This document shows, piece by piece, positions 61,089 through 64,000 of a stretch of 64,000 bases of DNA. Positions within the stretch are counted from its first letter, which is position 1. The number at the start of each line of letters is the position of its first letter. The stretch covers positions 143,684 to 207,683 of the forward strand of contig CACOMO010000002.1 of NCBI GenBank assembly GCA_902628335.1, written 5' to 3'. Position numbers and translations under genes: made by a program. The notes beneath the pieces were generated by a model. The model searched no databases. It was not told the origin of the DNA and was given only the letters and a program-made list of their open reading frames with translations. This DNA comes from an uncultured Gammaproteobacteria bacterium. GTDB lineage: Bacteria; Pseudomonadota; Gammaproteobacteria; GCA-002705445; GCA-002716945.

Positions 61089-61765
61089 TGTGGATTGAAG
61101 AAGAAGAAAAACAATCAATCTCAGAGATGTCAAAGATGGTAGATGTGGCGTTTAAGATAAATTGTAAAACTCTGCCATATGATCATGCCTTCTCACTATC
61201 AAATGAAATACTTAAACACCTACCTTGGTTAGAAGACAATAAATTGACAGGCATACAAACACTTCATGGGCCAGAATCAGGCAATGGTTGGACAAGGTCG
61301 GAGAATGAAGAAATTTTTTTATCGAAAAGGACCAGGCTTATCCTAAGGATTCCAAAGTCGGAATACGATAAAGCTTGTGAACTTGAGGGCGAAACACTCA
61401 AGGTGCTTGGAAATGATATTAGAATCGGTAAAGCAAATAAAAAGCCATTTCTCACTGTAAGAGATTTAATATGTAGATTTGTGCTAACAAACGAAGATCT
61501 GGATGAAAGTGAGTTTCTTAAATATGTTGCTGAAGAGTTTAAAAATCATGAAATTCATCTTCGCAAAGCCATATGTGGAAAAACAAAATCATTTACAATA
61601 AACGGTGATCAAAAATTTACAAGAAGCCTTATGATTGCTGATTTATCTAAAGAAAATTCTATCAAGCTTCAGGATGTCGGAGTTGGTATAGGCAGAATTT
61701 TTGGCTGTGGGATTTTCCTGCCTCATAAATCAATTGATGCAGTTGCAAATTTCAAAGAAGATTGA
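61085..61765 (+). CDS. Cas6-family (Cmx6 / I-MYXAN-like) RAMP protein, orphan
   Basis: VDVAF...LPYDH N-terminus, LILRIP, C-terminal G-loop LQDVGVGIGRIFGCGIFLP. Confidence 0.8.
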   Translation: MMWIEEEEKQSISEMSKMVDVAFKINCKTLPYDHAFSLSNEILKHLPWLEDNKLTGIQTLHGPESGNGWTRSENEEIFLSKRTRLILRIPKSEYDKACELEGETLKVLGNDIRIGKANKKPFLTVRDLICRFVLTNEDLDESEFLKYVAEEFKNHEIHLRKAICGKTKSFTINGDQKFTRSLMIADLSKENSIKLQDVGVGIGRIFGCGIFLPHKSIDAVANFKED

Positions 61766-61775
61766 GTAATCTCTG

Positions 61776-61815
61776 TAGACATATTTATCGCAGTATATTA
61801 GAATTTTCCAATATA
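61776..61815 (+). promoter_or_regulatory. Sigma70 promoter overlapped by a near-perfect motif copy
   Basis: TAGACA-17 nt-TAGAAT; TATATTAGA-ATTT-TCCAATATA (61794-61815) covers the -10. Confidence 0.68.
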
Positions 61816-61851
61816 GTAATTATTGATATAGTATAAAAGTGGAGTGATACT

Positions 61852-62190
61852 ATGAAAGTTGAAGTAGACGGAAAAGAGATCCCAACAACAGATACTGGTT
61901 TTTTGACAAACTTAGAGGACTGGTCTGAAGATGTTGCAAAAGTTATTGCTGAACAAGAGGGCATACAACTGGCTGAGAGGCATTGGGATGTAATAAATTA
62001 TCTTAGAGATGAGTTTATTAACAACAAGGAAAATCAACCAAACACCAGAAACATGGTCAAGGACTTAGGTAAACTCTGGGGAGAGAAAATTGACACTAAA
62101 ACGCTTTTTGATTTATTCCCTGGAAATCCAAGCAAACAAGCCGGAAGAATTGGCGGTTTGCCAGAGAGTAGACGAAAAGGCGGATATTAA
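61852..62190 (+). CDS. DsrC/TusE-fold paralogue without cysteines (RspA-like)
   Basis: GFLTNLEDWS, HWDVINYLR, LFP.NPSKQAGRIGGLP; ends RRKGGY; no Cys. Confidence 0.88.
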   Translation: MKVEVDGKEIPTTDTGFLTNLEDWSEDVAKVIAEQEGIQLAERHWDVINYLRDEFINNKENQPNTRNMVKDLGKLWGEKIDTKTLFDLFPGNPSKQAGRIGGLPESRRKGGY

Positions 62191-62519
62191 TGTCAGAAGA
62201 TAAAGTCAGTCAGAATGACACAAAGGCAGAAGATACCAATCAGGATAATAATGAATCTCCTGAAGAAAATAATGAATCTCCAGAAGTAGAGAAAAAACCT
62301 GATAAAAAAGCTCTAGAAAAAGAAAGGAAAGAAATTATTACTAAAATGCTAAGAATTCAGAAAGAATTCATGGAGTTAGAGAGAGAAAAAGGTGTCACAG
62401 AAAAAGATATTCATCATAACCCTCAAGGAATTGTTAAAGAGTACAAAGAAGAGCATGAGAAACTTGCTAATAGACTAGTTGATATCGCACATGCATTAAA
62501 AGGGTCTATAAGAACATAA
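62190..62519 (+). CDS. Hypothetical protein with acidic low-complexity N-terminus
   Basis: Overlaps both neighbours; helical-looking C-terminal part. Confidence 0.7.
   Translation: MSEDKVSQNDTKAEDTNQDNNESPEENNESPEVEKKPDKKALEKERKEIITKMLRIQKEFMELEREKGVTEKDIHHNPQGIVKEYKEEHEKLANRLVDIAHALKGSIRT
62247..62288 (+). repeat. In-frame 21-bp tandem duplication (NNESPEE/NNESPEV)
   Basis: AATAATGAATCTCCTGAAGAA followed by AATAATGAATCTCCAGAAGTA. Confidence 0.9.
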
Positions 62520-62713
62520 TGAATAAAGAATATTTTGATTTAGTCACAAAACTGGAAGATATGGGTGTCTCAGATGATTATTTACTTGGTTGGCAAGAGG
62601 GCTACATGAGATCACCAAAACTGGAAGAGCAGAGAGTTACTGATGCGTATGATGCTGGTTATGAAGACGGTGAGAATAAAGTTACAGATAACGCGGAGAA
62701 ATTTAAAAAATAA
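62519..62713 (+). CDS. Small sulfur-oxidiser protein (Alvin_2107-like)
   Basis: GW..GY...PK.EEQRVTDAYDAGYEDG motif, recalled rather than searched. Confidence 0.65.
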   Translation: MNKEYFDLVTKLEDMGVSDDYLLGWQEGYMRSPKLEEQRVTDAYDAGYEDGENKVTDNAEKFKK

Positions 62714-63274
62714 TTATTTCGTTAAAGAAGTGTAAACTTCTACGAACTTTTTACAAATCTCAACCGCATCAATATCAACAATCTGATCCATTACCCATTT
62801 GTTAGTTTGACTAGAGCCCATAGCATCCTGAATTTTTTTTGCTAAGTGTCTATAAATAGAATAATTGGTCTCTCCTGGGCTGAAATCAAAGTCCGAGTAT
62901 TCAGAAGATCTGAGGTTTAGCGTTTTAATATACCCTGTTCTATAATCCCCAGCTCCAAATAGGTCCTCGCAATTCTCTTGCATCGTTCTTGCTGAATGAC
63001 TCCCTATTTTATTCATTACCTCTATCCTAAAATCCTCGGGGTGGTCATCTCTAAATAACAGTCTGTCAGCTATATGAACTTGAAATGACATAAATTCAAC
63101 AATGACACTCACTCTTTGATGATCAGATGTGTACTCAAAATCCTCTCCGTGCAAGTTTTTAGCTTTGTCTAAAGATAACCTCCACCCAATATACGACATT
63201 GCACTTGCAAAATCCTCACTTGTTTTTTCTCGTTTAACGGTTTTGGACCATTTACTCTTAATTCTTATAACCAT
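62714..63274 (-). CDS. Conserved hypothetical protein
   Basis: 186-aa ORF filling the gap; abuts the convergent gene. Confidence 0.7.
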   Translation of the reverse strand: MVIRIKSKWSKTVKREKTSEDFASAMSYIGWRLSLDKAKNLHGEDFEYTSDHQRVSVIVEFMSFQVHIADRLLFRDDHPEDFRIEVMNKIGSHSARTMQENCEDLFGAGDYRTGYIKTLNLRSSEYSDFDFSPGETNYSIYRHLAKKIQDAMGSSQTNKWVMDQIVDIDAVEICKKFVEVYTSLTK

Positions 63275-63329
63275 TTTAAAAATTTAATCTTTATATATAA
63301 TGACTATATTATATAAGATATGAGTAAAT

Positions 63330-63926
63330 ATGGATATTAAAATAGATAAACGTCTGATTGAAGTAAGTTCGGGAAGCTTTATTTTCGAATTTACTCATTC
63401 CCTTGATAGCACTATTTGTACTGATATTATCAAGCGTTTTGAAGACTCTACAGAAGATCATTATCGAGGTCGTGTCGGGCAAAATTTTATTGAGAACACA
63501 GATGTTAAAAAATCGACAGATATGGTCATTAGCGGAAAAGACGCGTGGAAAGATGTTGATGAGTTATTATTTAGAAGTCTGTCGAAAGCACTCTCCAGTG
63601 TTAAAAAAGAATATGATTTTTTTAATGGGCCTTTTAAAGATATAGGTTATGCTGTTCAACGAACAGAGCCTGGAGAATATTTTAATTGGCACATTGACAG
63701 CGGTAGTCACCAATTTAGTGATAGGCAACTGGTTGCAATTTGGTATCTTAATGACGTAGAGGGGCCAGGTGGTGAGACAGAGTTTATTCATCAAAATGTT
63801 AAGGTTAAACCTGAGAAAGGAAAACTGATTCTCTTTCCACCATTTTGGACTCATGAGCATCGTGGTGTTAAACTTCAAAAAGGAGTTAAGTACATAGCAA
63901 CAACATGGATAGTATTTAAAACATGA
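63330..63926 (+). CDS. 2OG-Fe(II) oxygenase (prolyl-4-hydroxylase-like)
   Basis: WHID, YLNDV..GGETEF, FPPFWTHEHRG, KYIATTW. Confidence 0.88.
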   Translation: MDIKIDKRLIEVSSGSFIFEFTHSLDSTICTDIIKRFEDSTEDHYRGRVGQNFIENTDVKKSTDMVISGKDAWKDVDELLFRSLSKALSSVKKEYDFFNGPFKDIGYAVQRTEPGEYFNWHIDSGSHQFSDRQLVAIWYLNDVEGPGGETEFIHQNVKVKPEKGKLILFPPFWTHEHRGVKLQKGVKYIATTWIVFKT

Positions 63927-64000
63927 TTAAAGAAATAAAAAATTTGTCCTCTGAAGAGCTCATGAAATCTGTAATCCAAAGGGTAGCAACTGGTCCAGAG
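63923..64000 (+). CDS. Truncated ORF, possibly TrpD/YbiB-like protein of dsr neighbourhoods
   Basis: ATGA overlap with the previous stop; MIKEIKNLSSEELMKSVIQRVATGPE open to the window end. Confidence 0.45.
   Translation, partial: MIKEIKNLSSEELMKSVIQRVATGPE

Noticed and set aside
59884..64000. CRISPR array near the Cas6-like gene
   Set aside because: No repeat-spacer periodicity in any intergenic gap; the only repeat is a two-copy coding duplication
1..64000. tRNA, rRNA, IS elements, integrases or prophage genes
   Set aside because: None recognised; intergenic gaps are short and accounted for

Overview
AT-rich, densely packed chromosomal segment of a gammaproteobacterium, probably a streamlined marine sulfur oxidiser (inferred from gene content and order). 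It contains housekeeping blocks (rppH, dcd-mrp, metG-rnfB-nth, amgK-murU, mrdA-rodA-mltB-dac-dat, hppA-adk, lptD-surA-pdxA-rsmA, rplU-rpmA-obgE-proB, rpsT, murJ-ribF-ileS-lspA-fkpB-ispH). It also carries a complete oxidative-type dsrABEFHCMKLJOPNR operon and a divergent accessory cluster (TauD-like dioxygenase, orphan Cas6-like protein, Cys-free DsrC paralogue). Main observations: (1) a 22-bp palindrome TATATTAGA-N4-TCTAATATA recurs at the promoters of dsrA, dsrL, the DsrC paralogue, a Tat-exported DUF1326/DUF2182 pair and a divergent AlkB-type monooxygenase, suggesting an undescribed sulfur regulon; (2) a tandem SAM-II / terminator / SAM-V riboswitch sits upstream of two unrecognisable small genes; (3) a BamE-LptD fusion; (4) a pyruvate-kinase-barrel pseudoenzyme; (5) an orphan Cas6 with no CRISPR array in the window. 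No tRNA, rRNA, mobile element or CRISPR array was seen. All calls come from motif recognition by eye; no searches were run.
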